A stretch of 64,000 nt of DNA from Rhodocyclaceae bacterium (GCA_008933825.1 WBUF01000008.1:4543-68542), one strand, 5' to 3'. Counted from the first letter of the stretch, positions 12,910 to 23,646 are shown. The notes: a model not told the origin generated them from the letters alone. Numbers and translations: made by a program.

Positions 12910-13573
12910 GCTGAAGAAGCGTGCGCGCCGCCGCCTGGTGGGTGCCGCTGCCCTGGCGGTGCTGGCCGCGGTGGCGCTGCCGATGGTGATGGACCAGGCG
13001 CCCAGGCAACAGGCGCCGGCGCAGGACATCCAGATCCGCATCCCGGCCCAGGACGCCGGGGCCTTCACTTCCCGCATCCTTCCGGTCAAGCCCGGCTCCG
13101 TGCCGACGCCCTTGCCGCCGGCCGTCGTCGAAGCCAAGCCTGCCGCCGAGCCGGCCAATCAGGAAGCCCGTCCCGAGGCCGCCAAGCCGCAGCCCAAGGC
13201 CGAGCCGAAACCGGCGCCGGCCAAAGTCAGTCCCGCCAATACGGCGAGCAAGCCACCGGAGCCGCGCGCCACCGCCGCCATCGATGAAAAGCTGCTGGCC
13301 AGGAAGGCGGAGGTTGCTCCGATCAAGCCCGCCGCCGGCGGCGAGGCCTGGATCGTGCAACTCGGCGCCTATCGCGACCCGGCAAATGTGCGCAACCTGA
13401 CGGCAAAGGTCGGGCAGCAGGGCTACAATTTCTACACCGAGGTGCTGCCCTCTCCGGACGGCAGCAGCCGGACGCGCGTGCGGGCCGGCCCCTTTCCCAG
13501 CAAGGAAGCCGCCGAGGCGGCGCGGGAGCGCATCAAGCGCATCGGCGTGGATGGCGTCGTCGCACAGCAATAA
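12884..13573 (+). CDS. dedD: SPOR-domain cell division protein, DedD-like
   Basis: KKRARRRLVGA followed by a TM helix, Pro/Ala linker and C-terminal SPOR (WIVQLGAY...RVRAGPF). Sits between folC and cvpA. Confidence 0.85.
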   Translation: MSENDAQLELKKRARRRLVGAAALAVLAAVALPMVMDQAPRQQAPAQDIQIRIPAQDAGAFTSRILPVKPGSVPTPLPPAVVEAKPAAEPANQEARPEAAKPQPKAEPKPAPAKVSPANTASKPPEPRATAAIDEKLLARKAEVAPIKPAAGGEAWIVQLGAYRDPANVRNLTAKVGQQGYNFYTEVLPSPDGSSRTRVRAGPFPSKEAAEAARERIKRIGVDGVVAQQ

Positions 13574-13579
13574 GCGGCA

Positions 13580-14071
13580 GTGACGGCATTCGACTATGGC
13601 GCGCTGGCGATTGTCGCCGCCTCTATCCTGTTGGGGGCCTGGCGCGGCTTGGCGGGCGAGGTGCTTGCCCTGGCGGCGTGGCTGACCGGCCTGCTGGCGG
13701 GCTATGCCTGGGCGCCCGGAATGGCGCCGGTGTTCGCGGCATGGCTGAGCGAACCGGCGCTGCAGTATGCAGCGGCATTTGCCGTTGTCGTGCTGGCAGT
13801 GCTGGTGGCGGTGACGCTGTTCCGGCTGGCGTTGTCGAAATTGCTGCGGGCGGTGGGACTGGGGCCGCTGGACCGCTTCCTTGGCGCCGTATTCGGCATC
13901 ACGCGCGGAGTGCTGGTGGTGTTGTTGTGTGTGCTGGTGGCCGGCATGACGCCGCTGCCCCGGCAGGCGTGGTGGCGCCAGGCATGGCTTGCGCCGCCGC
14001 TGGAGACTGCGGTGCTGGCGGCCAGGCCCTGGTTGCCGCCGGAGGTGGCGAAGCGCATTCGCTATAGGTGA
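13580..14071 (+). CDS. cvpA: CvpA family (colicin V production) membrane protein
   Basis: FDY..L, G.WRG..GE and [12 protein letters not shown] motifs. Directly upstream of purF. Confidence 0.92.
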   Translation: MTAFDYGALAIVAASILLGAWRGLAGEVLALAAWLTGLLAGYAWAPGMAPVFAAWLSEPALQYAAAFAVVVLAVLVAVTLFRLALSKLLRAVGLGPLDRFLGAVFGITRGVLVVLLCVLVAGMTPLPRQAWWRQAWLAPPLETAVLAARPWLPPEVAKRIRYR

Positions 14072-14079
14072 CTCGAACT

Positions 14080-15600
14080 ATGTGCGGAATCCTGGGCGTC
14101 GTCGCGACGACGTCGGTAAACCAGTTGCTCTATGACGGCCTGCAGGTGCTGCAGCACCGCGGCCAGGACGCCGCCGGCATCGCCACGGCCGAGGCCGGCG
14201 TGTTCCACATGCACAAGGGTCCCGGCCTGGTGCGCGACGTTTTCCGCACGCGCAACATGCGCTACCTGCAGGGGAACTGGGGCATCGCTCACTGCCGCTA
14301 CCCGACCGCAGGCTCGGCCTTCAATTCGGCCGAATCGCAGCCCTTCTACGTGAATTCCCCCTTCGGCCTGATGCTGGCGCACAACGGCAACCTGACCAAC
14401 GCCGAGGAACTCAAGCGCGAGATGTTCCTGCAGGACCTGCGCCACATCAACACCAATTCGGACTCGGAAGTGCTGCTGAACGTGCTGGCGCACGAGCTGC
14501 AGGCGGCGGCGACCAAGTATCAGCTCGATCCCGAGACCATCTTCAAGGCGGTGGCCGGCGTGCACCGCCGCTGCAGGGGCGCCTATGCCGTGGTGGCCAT
14601 GATCGCCGGCTACGGTCTGCTCGCCTTCCGCGATCCCTACGGCATTCGGCCGCTCATCGTCGGGCGCAACATGACGGCTGAGGGCGACGAGTACCTGGTC
14701 GCTTCGGAGAGCGTGGCGCTCGACACGCTTGGTTTCCAGATACTGCGCGACGTGGCGCCAGGCGAAGCGGTGCTGATCGACACCGCGGGCCATTTCCACA
14801 GCAGGCAGTGCGCCGAGCGCACGCTGCGGGCACCCTGCATTTTCGAATTCGTCTATCTGGCGCGGCCTGATTCCCTGATCGACGGCATCTCGGTTTACGA
14901 AAGCCGCGTCAAGATGGGCGAGCATCTTGCCGAGAAGATCCGCCACACGCTGCCGCACATCGACATCGATTCCGTCATCCCGATCCCCGATTCCAGCCGC
15001 CCCTCGGCGATGGAGCTGGCGACGCGCCTGAACCTTCCCTACCGTGAAGGCTTCGTCAAGAATCGCTACATCGGCCGCACCTTCATCATGCCCGGCCAGG
15101 CGCAGCGCAGGAAGTCGGTGCGTCAGAAGCTCAACACCATCGCCCAGGAATTCAGGGGCAAGAGCGTGCTGCTGGTGGACGATTCCATCGTGCGCGGCAC
15201 CACCAGCAAGGAGATCGTGCAGATGGCGCGCGATGCCGGTGCGCGCAAGGTGTATTTTGCCTCGGCGGCGCCGCCGGTGCGCTTCGCCAACGTCTACGGC
15301 ATCGACATGCCGACGCGCCGCGAGTTGATCGCCAGCAACCGCAGTGACGAGGAGATCCGAAGCGAGATCGGCGCCGATGGCCTCATCTATCAGGACCTCG
15401 ACGCCCTGAAGGCGGCGGTGCATGCGCTCAATCCATCGATCACGGTGTTCGAGACCTCCTGCTTCGACGGCTGCTACGTCACCGGCGACGTCAGCGCCGA
15501 ATACCTCAGCAGCGTTGAGAACCAGCGCAACGACAGCAAGCTCGCCGGCGAAGACCCCGATGCCGCCCAACTCGACCTTAACCTCGTCGTGGCAGATTGA
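14080..15600 (+). CDS. purF: Amidophosphoribosyltransferase
   Basis: N-terminal MCGI (Ntn Cys), [10 protein letters not shown] and PRPP motif [12 protein letters not shown]. Confidence 0.98.
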   Translation: MCGILGVVATTSVNQLLYDGLQVLQHRGQDAAGIATAEAGVFHMHKGPGLVRDVFRTRNMRYLQGNWGIAHCRYPTAGSAFNSAESQPFYVNSPFGLMLAHNGNLTNAEELKREMFLQDLRHINTNSDSEVLLNVLAHELQAAATKYQLDPETIFKAVAGVHRRCRGAYAVVAMIAGYGLLAFRDPYGIRPLIVGRNMTAEGDEYLVASESVALDTLGFQILRDVAPGEAVLIDTAGHFHSRQCAERTLRAPCIFEFVYLARPDSLIDGISVYESRVKMGEHLAEKIRHTLPHIDIDSVIPIPDSSRPSAMELATRLNLPYREGFVKNRYIGRTFIMPGQAQRRKSVRQKLNTIAQEFRGKSVLLVDDSIVRGTTSKEIVQMARDAGARKVYFASAAPPVRFANVYGIDMPTRRELIASNRSDEEIRSEIGADGLIYQDLDALKAAVHALNPSITVFETSCFDGCYVTGDVSAEYLSSVENQRNDSKLAGEDPDAAQLDLNLVVAD

Positions 15601-15632
15601 CAGCAGGACGATACGCGCGTAGTTTCCCAACT

Positions 15633-15687
15633 GCGCCGATTTGATTTCAGCTTGCGGGCGCTTGATAAATGCGGCTAAAGCGAGGGG
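15633..15687 (+). promoter_or_regulatory. SAM-II riboswitch aptamer upstream of metZ
   Basis: GCGC-CGATTT...TTGC-GG-GCGC-TTGATAAAT-GCGGCTAAA-GCGAGGG matches the SAM-II (metX-type) pattern GCGC.GAUUU...UUGC..GCGC..AUAAAU..RGCUAAA. It precedes a Met-biosynthesis gene. Confidence 0.85.
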
Positions 15688-15717
15688 AACCCGGTCGCTT
15701 AGCTGCGCCGGGTTTTT
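15688..15717 (+). terminator. Intrinsic terminator of the SAM-II expression platform
   Basis: aacccgg ... ccgggtt stem followed by a T-run, located between the aptamer and the metZ start. Confidence 0.7.
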
Positions 15718-15736
15718 GCATTTCGGGGCGGTGAAC

Positions 15737-16912
15737 ATGGACAAGGATATGGATCCGGACACGCTGGCCGTGCGCGCGGGCATACAGCGCAGTCAGTTCA
15801 ACGAGCATGCCGAGGCGCTGTATCTCACCTCGAGCTTCGTCTTCGACAGCGCCGCGCAGGCGGCGGCCCGCTTTTCGGGCGAGGAGGCGGGCTTCGTCTA
15901 CGGCCGCTTCTCCAATCCGACCGTCAGCATGCTGCAGGAGCGCCTGGCGGCACTGGAAGGGGGCGAGGCCTGCATTGCCACGGCGAGCGGCATGGCCGCC
16001 ATCCTGTCGGCCGTGATGGCGCTGATGAAGGCGGGCGAGCACATCGTCGCCTCCCAGGGGATATTCGGTGCGACGCAGCAACTGTTCGGCGGCATCCTGC
16101 CGAAATTCGGCGTCGACACCACCTTTGTTCCTTCGACGGACCCGGCGGCGTTCCGCGCCGCGCTCAGGCCGAACACCCGGCTGGTGTTCATCGAGACGCC
16201 GTCCAATCCGCTCACCGAGGTGTTCGACATCGCCGCACTGGCCGAGGTCGCCCATGGCGGCGGTGCGCTGCTGGCGGTGGACAACTGCTTCTGTTCGCCC
16301 GCGCTGCAGCGGCCGCTCGATTTGGGCGCCGACCTGGTGATCCATTCCGCTACAAAATACCTCGACGGCCAGGGGCGCGTGCTCGGCGGTGCGGTGGTTG
16401 GACGCAAGGCGCTTACCGAGGAGGTGTTCAAGTTCCTGCGCACGGCCGGCCCGTCGATTTCGCCCTTCAACGCCTGGGTGATCCTGAAGGGCCTGGAGAC
16501 GCTGCGCATCCGCATGGAGGCGCAGTCGGCAGCGGCGCTGGAACTGGCGCGCTGGCTGGAAGCGCAGCCGAAGGTGGCGCGGGTGTACTACCCGGGGCTG
16601 CCCTCGCATCCACAGCACGCCTTGGCGAGGCGCCAGCAGAAGACCGGCGGCGCCATCGTCTCCTTCGAGGTGAAGGGCGGCCGCGAGGAGGCCTGGCGGG
16701 TGGTGGATGCGACACGCCTGATCTCGATCACGGCGAACCTCGGCGACACCAAGAGCACCATCACCCATCCGGCCAGCACCACCCACGGGCGCATCTCGGC
16801 CTCCGCGCGTGTTGCCGCGGGGATACAGGAAAGCCTGCTGCGCGTGGCTGTCGGCCTGGAGTCGGTGGCGGACCTCCGGGCCGATCTGGCGCGGGGCCTG
16901 GCGCTGATTTAG
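15737..16912 (+). CDS. metZ: O-succinylhomoserine sulfhydrylase
   Basis: EH.EALYLTSSF, Y.RF.NPT, HSATKYLDGQGR (PLP Lys) and NLGDTKSTITHPASTTHGR motifs. Confidence 0.94.
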   Translation: MDKDMDPDTLAVRAGIQRSQFNEHAEALYLTSSFVFDSAAQAAARFSGEEAGFVYGRFSNPTVSMLQERLAALEGGEACIATASGMAAILSAVMALMKAGEHIVASQGIFGATQQLFGGILPKFGVDTTFVPSTDPAAFRAALRPNTRLVFIETPSNPLTEVFDIAALAEVAHGGGALLAVDNCFCSPALQRPLDLGADLVIHSATKYLDGQGRVLGGAVVGRKALTEEVFKFLRTAGPSISPFNAWVILKGLETLRIRMEAQSAAALELARWLEAQPKVARVYYPGLPSHPQHALARRQQKTGGAIVSFEVKGGREEAWRVVDATRLISITANLGDTKSTITHPASTTHGRISASARVAAGIQESLLRVAVGLESVADLRADLARGLALI

Positions 16913-17643
16913 GCCGTGGCAGCCGGCCAGTTCAGCAGCTGGCAGCCGGCCGCATTGCAGGCGAGATAACCGCCGTTTTCATACCAATCCGGCAAGACCC
17001 AGCGCTCCGCCGGGCAGCCCGCGACATCGAGCGTGTGGCGGGCCGGGCGATGGGTGTGACCGTGGATGAGCCGGTGGCAGCGATGAAAAGTCAGTCCCTG
17101 CAGGACGGCGTCCGCATTCACGTCCATGATATCCGGCGGCTTGAGGCGCTTCTGCGCCTCGCTTTCGCGGCGCAGGGCCTCGATCTGCGCCTTGCGCTGC
17201 GACAGCGGCAGGGCGAGGAAGGCCTGCCGCCACTCGGGTGAGCGGACCTCGGCGCGGAAGGATTGGTAGGCCGCGTCGTCGGTGCACAGCGTATCGCCGT
17301 GCATGAGCAGGGTGATCGTGCCGGCCACCTCGGCCAGGGTCGGGTCGGGCAGCAGTTTCAGGCCGGCGGTGCGGGCGAAGGCTTCGCCGGCGAGGAAGTC
17401 GCGGTTGCCGGTCATGAAGGACAGTGCGACGCCGGAATCCGCCAGCGTGCGCAACGCCGCGCAGATGCCGGCGTTGAAGGGATCATCCAAGTCATCGTCG
17501 CCCGCCCAGTATTCGAACAGGTCGCCGAGGATGTAGAGCGCGTCGGCTTGGCGCGCCGGGCCAGCCAGGAAGTCGAGAAAAAGCCGGCCGATCCGCGGCC
17601 GGCTCGGGCAGAGATGGAGGTCGGAGATGAACAACGTGGCCAT
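16909..17643 (-). CDS. lpxH: UDP-2,3-diacylglucosamine diphosphatase
   Basis: LFISDLHL, ILGDLFEYW.GDD, GNRDFL, HGD.LCTDD and HGHTHRP motifs. Confidence 0.95.
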   Translation of the reverse strand: MATLFISDLHLCPSRPRIGRLFLDFLAGPARQADALYILGDLFEYWAGDDDLDDPFNAGICAALRTLADSGVALSFMTGNRDFLAGEAFARTAGLKLLPDPTLAEVAGTITLLMHGDTLCTDDAAYQSFRAEVRSPEWRQAFLALPLSQRKAQIEALRRESEAQKRLKPPDIMDVNADAVLQGLTFHRCHRLIHGHTHRPARHTLDVAGCPAERWVLPDWYENGGYLACNAAGCQLLNWPAATA

Positions 17644-17658
17644 CGCCGACCCGCCGGT

Positions 17659-18150
17659 TCAGGCGACCTCGGCTTTCTGGATTACCACGTCCTCGACCGG
17701 CACGTCCTGGTGGAAGCCCTTGCTTCCGGTCCCGACGCTCTTGATCTTGTCGACGACATCCATGCCTTCGACCACCTTGCCGAAGACGCAGTAGCCCCAG
17801 CCTTGGCCGCCCGGCGCGGTGTGGTTGAGGAAGGCGTTGTCCTTGACGTTGATGAAGAACTGCGCCGTGGCGGAATGCGGATCGCCGGTGCGCGCCATGG
17901 CGATGGTGTAGCGGTCGTTTTTCAGGCCGTTGGCCGCTTCGTTCTGGATCGGCGCGTTGGTCGGTTTCTGCTGCATGCCCGGCTCGAAGCCGCCGCCCTG
18001 GATCATGAAGCCGTCGATGACGCGGTGGAAGATCGTGTTGTCGTAGTGGCCGGCCCCGACGTAGGCGAGGAAATTCTTCACCGTCTCGGGCGCCTTGGCG
18101 GCGTCCAGATCGAGGACGATGGTGCCGAAATTGGTGTGCAGCTTGACCAT
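17659..18150 (-). CDS. ppiB: Cytoplasmic cyclophilin peptidyl-prolyl isomerase
   Basis: [14 protein letters not shown] and [17 protein letters not shown] motifs, no signal peptide, located next to lpxH. Confidence 0.93.
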   Translation of the reverse strand: MVKLHTNFGTIVLDLDAAKAPETVKNFLAYVGAGHYDNTIFHRVIDGFMIQGGGFEPGMQQKPTNAPIQNEAANGLKNDRYTIAMARTGDPHSATAQFFINVKDNAFLNHTAPGGQGWGYCVFGKVVEGMDVVDKIKSVGTGSKGFHQDVPVEDVVIQKAEVA

Positions 18151-18162
18151 GTTGTCTCCTGG

Positions 18163-18735
18163 TTACTTGGCGGGTTTGGCTTCGGGCAGCAGCCGGACGG
18201 ATTCGATCAGGATGGGATCGACCGGAACGTTCTGATGGAAGCTGGCGTTGCCGGTCTTCACCTTGGCGATCTTTTGCACGATGTCGAATCCCTGGGTGAC
18301 CTTGCCGAACACGGCATAGCCCCAGCCGTCGCGGGAAGGATAGTCGAGCGGGCGGTTGTCGACGAGGTTGATGAAGAACTGCGCCGAGGCGGAATGCGGG
18401 TCCTGGGTGCGCGCCATGGCAATCGTGCCGGCGGCGTTCTTCAGGCCGTTCTTCGCCTCGTTCTCGATCGGCGCGCGCGTCGATTTCTGCTTCATGCCCG
18501 GCTCGAAGCCGCCGCCCTGGATCATGAAGCCGTCGATGACGCGGTGGAAGATCGTGCCGTTGTAGAAGCCGTCCCTGGCGTACTGGAGGAAGTTGGCCAC
18601 GGTCTTCGGCGCCTTCTCGGCGTCCAGTTCGATGAGAATCGCGCCCTGGTTCGTTTTCATCTCGACGACCGGATTGGCGGCGAACACGGAGAGGCTACAA
18701 AGCAGGCCGGCGGCCAGCGCGAACAACTTATTCAT
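18163..18735 (-). CDS. ppiA: Periplasmic cyclophilin peptidyl-prolyl isomerase
   Basis: Signal peptide (..SVFA) plus the same cyclophilin motifs. Confidence 0.88.
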   Translation of the reverse strand: MNKLFALAAGLLCSLSVFAANPVVEMKTNQGAILIELDAEKAPKTVANFLQYARDGFYNGTIFHRVIDGFMIQGGGFEPGMKQKSTRAPIENEAKNGLKNAAGTIAMARTQDPHSASAQFFINLVDNRPLDYPSRDGWGYAVFGKVTQGFDIVQKIAKVKTGNASFHQNVPVDPILIESVRLLPEAKPAK

Positions 18736-18763
18736 TGGGGGATTTCCTTAATAGAGAAAGGGC

Positions 18764-19954
18764 TCAGGCGCCGCCTTCGTAGACAATCTTCCAGGCGCCA
18801 TCCTCCTTGATCCAGTACTGGCGCTTCTTCATGGTGTTGCTGAGATTGCTGCTGCGATAGTTCTGGTCGAAGGTGACGACGACCAGTTCTTCCTTGCCGG
18901 GACTGCGGAACATGCTGACGTTGTCCGCGGACACCTTGATCCACTGCTTGCCGGCGTTGACCTGGCGCTTTTGCGCCGACCACTGTGCGAAATCCAGCTT
19001 GCCGGACTGGAAACGCTGCGAGTAATGGCGCAGGTATTGTCCTGTATCGAGGCTTTCCCAGTCGCGGCGCCAGGTTTCGATGCTGACCGAAAGGGCGGTG
19101 CGTTCGGTTTGCCAGTCGTCGAGCGAGAGCCACTCGATGCTGTTGGAGATGATGACTGGCGTGGTGCCGATCTGCAGGTTCTTCGCCAGTGCATCGAGAT
19201 CCTGGTTGGCGAGCACGACACAGCCGTCCGAGGCCTTCGGCGGGCGGGAGAAAGTGTCGGAAGGGGTGCCATGCAGCCAGATGCCGTGGCCGTTGCGGCC
19301 GAGGCGCTTGTCCCATTCGTTCGGGTAGTTGATCGGGAAGGCGCCGCTGCCGTAGAAGTCGCTCAGCTTTTGCCGCGGCAGGCTGGCGGTGACATGGTAG
19401 ACGCCGATCGGAGTCTTCTTGTCGCCCTCGCGCAGCTTCTCCGCGCCGGCCTTGCCATGGGAAATGTAATAGTCGGCGACGAAGCGCGGCTTGCCGCCCT
19501 CGTTGCGATAGAGATAGAGGCGCGCCTTCTGCGTGTCGACCACCACCGCATACTTCTGCTCCGGGTGCATCTGCAGCAGATATCGGGGCACATAGTCGGC
19601 CAGCGGCTTGTCGCGATATGCCTTCAGGCGAGCGATGGCCTCCTCGCGCAGGTCGGACAGTTTGTCCTGCGGTGCGTTGGCGGCATTGCCCAGCGTCTCG
19701 ATCGGCCGCGTGCGGGCGAGCAGCAGATCGCCCTTGATGAGGTGGCCAAGCCGGAAATTCGGAAAGGCCTTGAGCAATTGGTCGGTCTGGGCCAGCGCCG
19801 CATCGAGGCGGTTCTGCTCGATATGGGTGAACGCCTGCGCCAGCAAGGGCTCGGGGCCGAAATCGGAGAAGGTCTGCTCTGCGGCGGATGGCGCGGCGCC
19901 CGCGGCAAACAGCAAGGCTGTCGTCACGCGCCGAATGCTTGCGCTGGCTTTCAT
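18764..19954 (-). CDS. L,D-transpeptidase (YkuD) family protein with C-terminal NTF2-like domain (Csd6-like)
   Basis: Signal peptide, GDKKTPIGVY and IWLHGT...ASDGCV catalytic His/Cys motif. C-terminal W..DWES.D...YL.HYS..F...VTFDQNY.S...K.QYW.KE...WKI.YEG. Confidence 0.85.
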   Translation of the reverse strand: MKASASIRRVTTALLFAAGAAPSAAEQTFSDFGPEPLLAQAFTHIEQNRLDAALAQTDQLLKAFPNFRLGHLIKGDLLLARTRPIETLGNAANAPQDKLSDLREEAIARLKAYRDKPLADYVPRYLLQMHPEQKYAVVVDTQKARLYLYRNEGGKPRFVADYYISHGKAGAEKLREGDKKTPIGVYHVTASLPRQKLSDFYGSGAFPINYPNEWDKRLGRNGHGIWLHGTPSDTFSRPPKASDGCVVLANQDLDALAKNLQIGTTPVIISNSIEWLSLDDWQTERTALSVSIETWRRDWESLDTGQYLRHYSQRFQSGKLDFAQWSAQKRQVNAGKQWIKVSADNVSMFRSPGKEELVVVTFDQNYRSSNLSNTMKKRQYWIKEDGAWKIVYEGGA

Positions 19955-20997
19955 CAGTTGCCGACCCGCTCCTGCTGGATGAGCCACCTGCCATCGCGCC
20001 GGACCAGCACCATGGTCTTGGTGGCGGAAGTCTTCAGCTTGCCCGACTTGTAGTTCTGGCGGAACCTGGCCGTGGCGCGTTCGCCTTCGAGGGCCACCTG
20101 CAGGTTCTCGATGCCGATTTGGATCGACTCGGGTTTGTTGATCCGGCGGGCCCGCTCCGCTTCCCATGCGCTGCGTGGCTGACCGCCCGGCGTCTGGAAG
20201 TCGCTGGCGTAGGCGGCAAGATAGGCCTTGAAGTCTTTTGCGGACCAGGCGTCAGCCCAGCCGCGGAGGGCTTTTTCCACCTCAGGCTCGCCGCCGGCGG
20301 ACTTGGCTTCGGCGACAGGGGCCGGTTTTGGATCGACGGGCTCGGTTCTCGCGGCGGGGGCCGGTTCCGGCTTTGTGGCCGAGGGGGCTTCCTGCTTCGC
20401 AGCCGGAGCAGCGGAGGCTGGCACCTTGCCGGTCGTGCTGCGCGAGGCGAGCGCGGCCGGACGGGCGGAGTTGCTCATCAGGTCGCGGATCAGCGCCAGC
20501 TTGGTTTGCGCGCTGGCGTTCGAGGAATCGATCTGCAGCGCTTTGTCGTAGGCCTGGCTGGCCATGCGGGCATAGATGTCGCCGAGGTTCTCGTGGGCCG
20601 TGGCATAGGACGGGTGCGTGCGGATGGCCATTTCCAGTGCGTTCTTGGCCTTTTCGAACTGGCGCTGCTGGGCGTAGAGCACGGCGAGGTTGTTGTAGGG
20701 TTCCGGCAGCTCCGGATAGTCCTCGGTCAGCTTGGTGAATACGACGATGGCATCATTCTGGCGGCCCATCTCGGTCAGGATGAGGCCCTTCATGAAGCGC
20801 GCCTGGGCATCCTTGGGCTTGGCGGCCAAAGCCTGGTCGGTTCTTTCCAGGGCAGGTCCAAGCTGGCCCTGCTTCATCAGACGACCGGCTTCCTGCAGAG
20901 GATCGGCGCTGGCCGTCGTCGGGGCCAACACGAGAAGCGCGGCGCCTAGCAGGCTGGCAAGGACGTGCGTTGGAACGGAAAGCCGCAGCAGGGTCAT
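19954..20997 (-). CDS. Exported TPR protein with C-terminal NTF2-like domain (start uncertain: 20997, 21012 or 21033)
   Basis: Signal peptide, TPR repeats (YPELPEPYNNLAVLYA, HPSYATAHENLGDIY), Pro/Ala linker and WADAWSAKD...YL..Y...F...ARFRQNY...WLIQQE. Confidence 0.82.
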   Translation of the reverse strand: MTLLRLSVPTHVLASLLGAALLVLAPTTASADPLQEAGRLMKQGQLGPALERTDQALAAKPKDAQARFMKGLILTEMGRQNDAIVVFTKLTEDYPELPEPYNNLAVLYAQQRQFEKAKNALEMAIRTHPSYATAHENLGDIYARMASQAYDKALQIDSSNASAQTKLALIRDLMSNSARPAALASRSTTGKVPASAAPAAKQEAPSATKPEPAPAARTEPVDPKPAPVAEAKSAGGEPEVEKALRGWADAWSAKDFKAYLAAYASDFQTPGGQPRSAWEAERARRINKPESIQIGIENLQVALEGERATARFRQNYKSGKLKTSATKTMVLVRRDGRWLIQQERVGN

Positions 20998-21117
20998 TCG
21001 GGGCAAGATCATTGTGTTATACTTTTCGGACATAGGCGTTTGAATAATTAGGCATTCTAGCAAGAATGGCGGCAGAACAACAATAATCGTCGCGACCCCC
21101 CGAGCCCTGCACCTCCC

Positions 21118-22503
21118 ATGCTGAAAATCCACAATACCCTGCTGCGCGACAAGCAGGTGTTCGCCCCGATCGAGCCGGGCCTCGTCCGCATGTATGTCTG
21201 TGGCATGACAGTGTATGACTATTGCCACCTTGGCCATGCCCGCGTGCTGGTGGTGTTCGACATGGTGGCGCGCTGGCTGCGGACCAGCGGATACACGGTC
21301 CTGTACGTGCGCAACATCACCGACATCGACGACAAAATCATCCGGCGGGCGCAGGAAAACGGCGAGACGATCAAGGCGCTGACCGACCGCTACATCGCCT
21401 TCATGCACGAAGACGCTGAGGCGCTCGGCGTCCTGCAACCCGACCACGAGCCGCGCGCGACGGATCATGTGGCCGCCATGCAGCGCCTGATCGCCGCGCT
21501 GGAGAAGAACGGCTATGCTTACGTTGCGGCCAATCACGATGTCTGCTACAGCGTGCGCAAGTTCGAGGGCTATGGCCGTCTTTCGGGGAAATCCCTGGAG
21601 GACCTGCGCGCCGGTGAGCGCGTCGAAGTCATGGCAGGCAAGCACGATCCGCTCGACTTCGTTTTGTGGAAGCATGCCAAGGAGGGCGAGCCGGACGAGG
21701 CGAGATGGAATTCGCCCTGGGGCAGCGGTCGTCCGGGATGGCATATCGAATGCTCTGCCATGAGCTCGGAATTTCTCGGGCCGCATTTCGACATCCACGG
21801 CGGCGGTCAGGACCTGCAGTTTCCCCACCATGAGAACGAGATCGCCCAGAGCGAGGGTGCGCACGGCTGCCGTTTCGTGAACTACTGGATGCACAACGGC
21901 TTCGTGCGGGTAGACGACGAGAAGATGTCGAAGTCGCTCGGCAACTTCTTCACCATCCGCGAGGTGCTGAAGCAATATGATGCCGAGGTGGTGCGCTTCT
22001 TCATCCTACGCGCGCACTATCGCAGTCCGCTCAACTACTCCGATGCGCACCTCGACGATGCGCGCGGCGCGCTGACGCGCCTCTATACGGCGTTGAAGGG
22101 CATGTCCGCGGCGCCGGTGCCGATCGACTGGAACGAGCCGCACGCCGCCAGGTTCCGCGCCGCCATGGACGACGACTTCAACACGCCCGAGGCGATTGCC
22201 GTCCTGTTCGAACTGGCCAGCGAAGTGAACCGCTCGCGCTCGGCCGCCGCGGCTGGCCTGCTCAAGGCCCTCGGCGGCACGCTGGGCCTCATCGAGCGCG
22301 AGCCGGCGACTTTCCTTCAATCGGTGCCGGCAGCGGCCGGCCAGACCGACGCAACGGATATCGAAGCACGCATTGCCGCTCGTGCCGCTGCCAAGCAGGC
22401 GAAGAACTTCGCCGAGGCCGATCGCATCCGTGCCGAATTGCTGGCGCTGGGCATTGCGCTCGAGGACAAGCCGGGCGGCGCCACCGAGTGGCGCCGCGCC
22501 TGA
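21118..22503 (+). CDS. cysS: Cysteine--tRNA ligase
   Basis: [27 protein letters not shown] and KMSKS motifs. Confidence 0.98.
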   Translation: MLKIHNTLLRDKQVFAPIEPGLVRMYVCGMTVYDYCHLGHARVLVVFDMVARWLRTSGYTVLYVRNITDIDDKIIRRAQENGETIKALTDRYIAFMHEDAEALGVLQPDHEPRATDHVAAMQRLIAALEKNGYAYVAANHDVCYSVRKFEGYGRLSGKSLEDLRAGERVEVMAGKHDPLDFVLWKHAKEGEPDEARWNSPWGSGRPGWHIECSAMSSEFLGPHFDIHGGGQDLQFPHHENEIAQSEGAHGCRFVNYWMHNGFVRVDDEKMSKSLGNFFTIREVLKQYDAEVVRFFILRAHYRSPLNYSDAHLDDARGALTRLYTALKGMSAAPVPIDWNEPHAARFRAAMDDDFNTPEAIAVLFELASEVNRSRSAAAAGLLKALGGTLGLIEREPATFLQSVPAAAGQTDATDIEARIAARAAAKQAKNFAEADRIRAELLALGIALEDKPGGATEWRRA

Positions 22504-23646
22504 TCAGTGCAGGAACTGCCCCGTCTTGCTGATGATCGACAGGTCGACGAAGCTTGTGCCGGCGCGCTTGCTGCCCGAGTAGTCGATGATGAAGCCGCCA
22601 AGGTCGAAGTTGTTGAGTGACTCGAGTGCGGCGACAAGCTTGGCGCGGCTCAAATCCTTGCCGGCGCGGCGCAGCGCCTCGGCGAACACTTTGGCGGTCA
22701 GATAGCCTTCCAGGCTGTTGTAGGTGACATCCTTGCTGTCGGACTTTTTCGCCGCAGCGAGGAATTCCTTGGAAATGCCGTAGCTGGTACGAAGCGGGGA
22801 AGGCACCACCTGGGCAATGACGATGCCATGGGCATCCGCACCGAGCTCGGCGAGCAGCGCCTTGGCGCTGAGCACCGAGACACCGAAGAATTGCGGTCGC
22901 TGCCCGGTTTTGAGATATTCCCGGATGAATGCCGTCGACGCCTTGCCGGCCGTTACCATGATGATGGCACCGGGCTGGGTCTGCGCCACCTTGTCCACGA
23001 TCGGCCGAAGGGCCTCCAGCTTGTTCATGTCTATGGGGGCCTCGATCGCCGGCTTGACGCCTTGGCGCTCGAAGGCGCCCTGCGCCGACTTCAGGCCGGC
23101 CTTGCCGAACGCGTCGTCCTGATAAACAACCGCAATCGACTTCACTCCGGTGGATTTCAGTTGCACGACCATCTTGTCGGTTTCGTCGCTGTAGCTCGCC
23201 CGGGTATGGAACAGCAGTTTAAGCTTGGGATCGCGTAGCCCGTCCGATCCACTCAAGGAGCCCACGACCGGTACCCGATGCTCGCTGACGATGGGCATGG
23301 AGGCCGCCGTGGCGCCGGTGCCGATCAGTCCGAAGAGGGTAAACACCTTGTCTTCGACCAGCAGCTTTCTGGCGTTTTCCGCCGCCAGCTTGGGATCGAA
23401 CTTGTCATCATAGGACAGAAGCTTGATCTTGCGGCCGTGAATGCCGCCCTTTGCATTCACGGCATCGAAATACAGTTGGGCGCCGGCGCGGTATTGCAAC
23501 GAAGGCTCGGCGACAGGGCCGGAGAACACGCCGGTCTGGCCGATCAGGATGCTGTCGGACGTGATGCCGGGATCCGCGGCGCCGGCGCAAAGCGCGTGCA
23601 TCAGCGGGAAGAATGCGGCCAAGAGCCGCGAGATGGCTGGTTTCAT
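22504..23646 (-). CDS. Orphan ABC transporter substrate-binding protein (LivJ/Peripla_BP_6-like)
   Basis: Signal peptide, ILIGQT...SGP, NAKGGIHGRKIKL..YDD and YQDDAFGKAG motifs. RBS GGAGGAG. Confidence 0.88.
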   Translation of the reverse strand: MKPAISRLLAAFFPLMHALCAGAADPGITSDSILIGQTGVFSGPVAEPSLQYRAGAQLYFDAVNAKGGIHGRKIKLLSYDDKFDPKLAAENARKLLVEDKVFTLFGLIGTGATAASMPIVSEHRVPVVGSLSGSDGLRDPKLKLLFHTRASYSDETDKMVVQLKSTGVKSIAVVYQDDAFGKAGLKSAQGAFERQGVKPAIEAPIDMNKLEALRPIVDKVAQTQPGAIIMVTAGKASTAFIREYLKTGQRPQFFGVSVLSAKALLAELGADAHGIVIAQVVPSPLRTSYGISKEFLAAAKKSDSKDVTYNSLEGYLTAKVFAEALRRAGKDLSRAKLVAALESLNNFDLGGFIIDYSGSKRAGTSFVDLSIISKTGQFLH

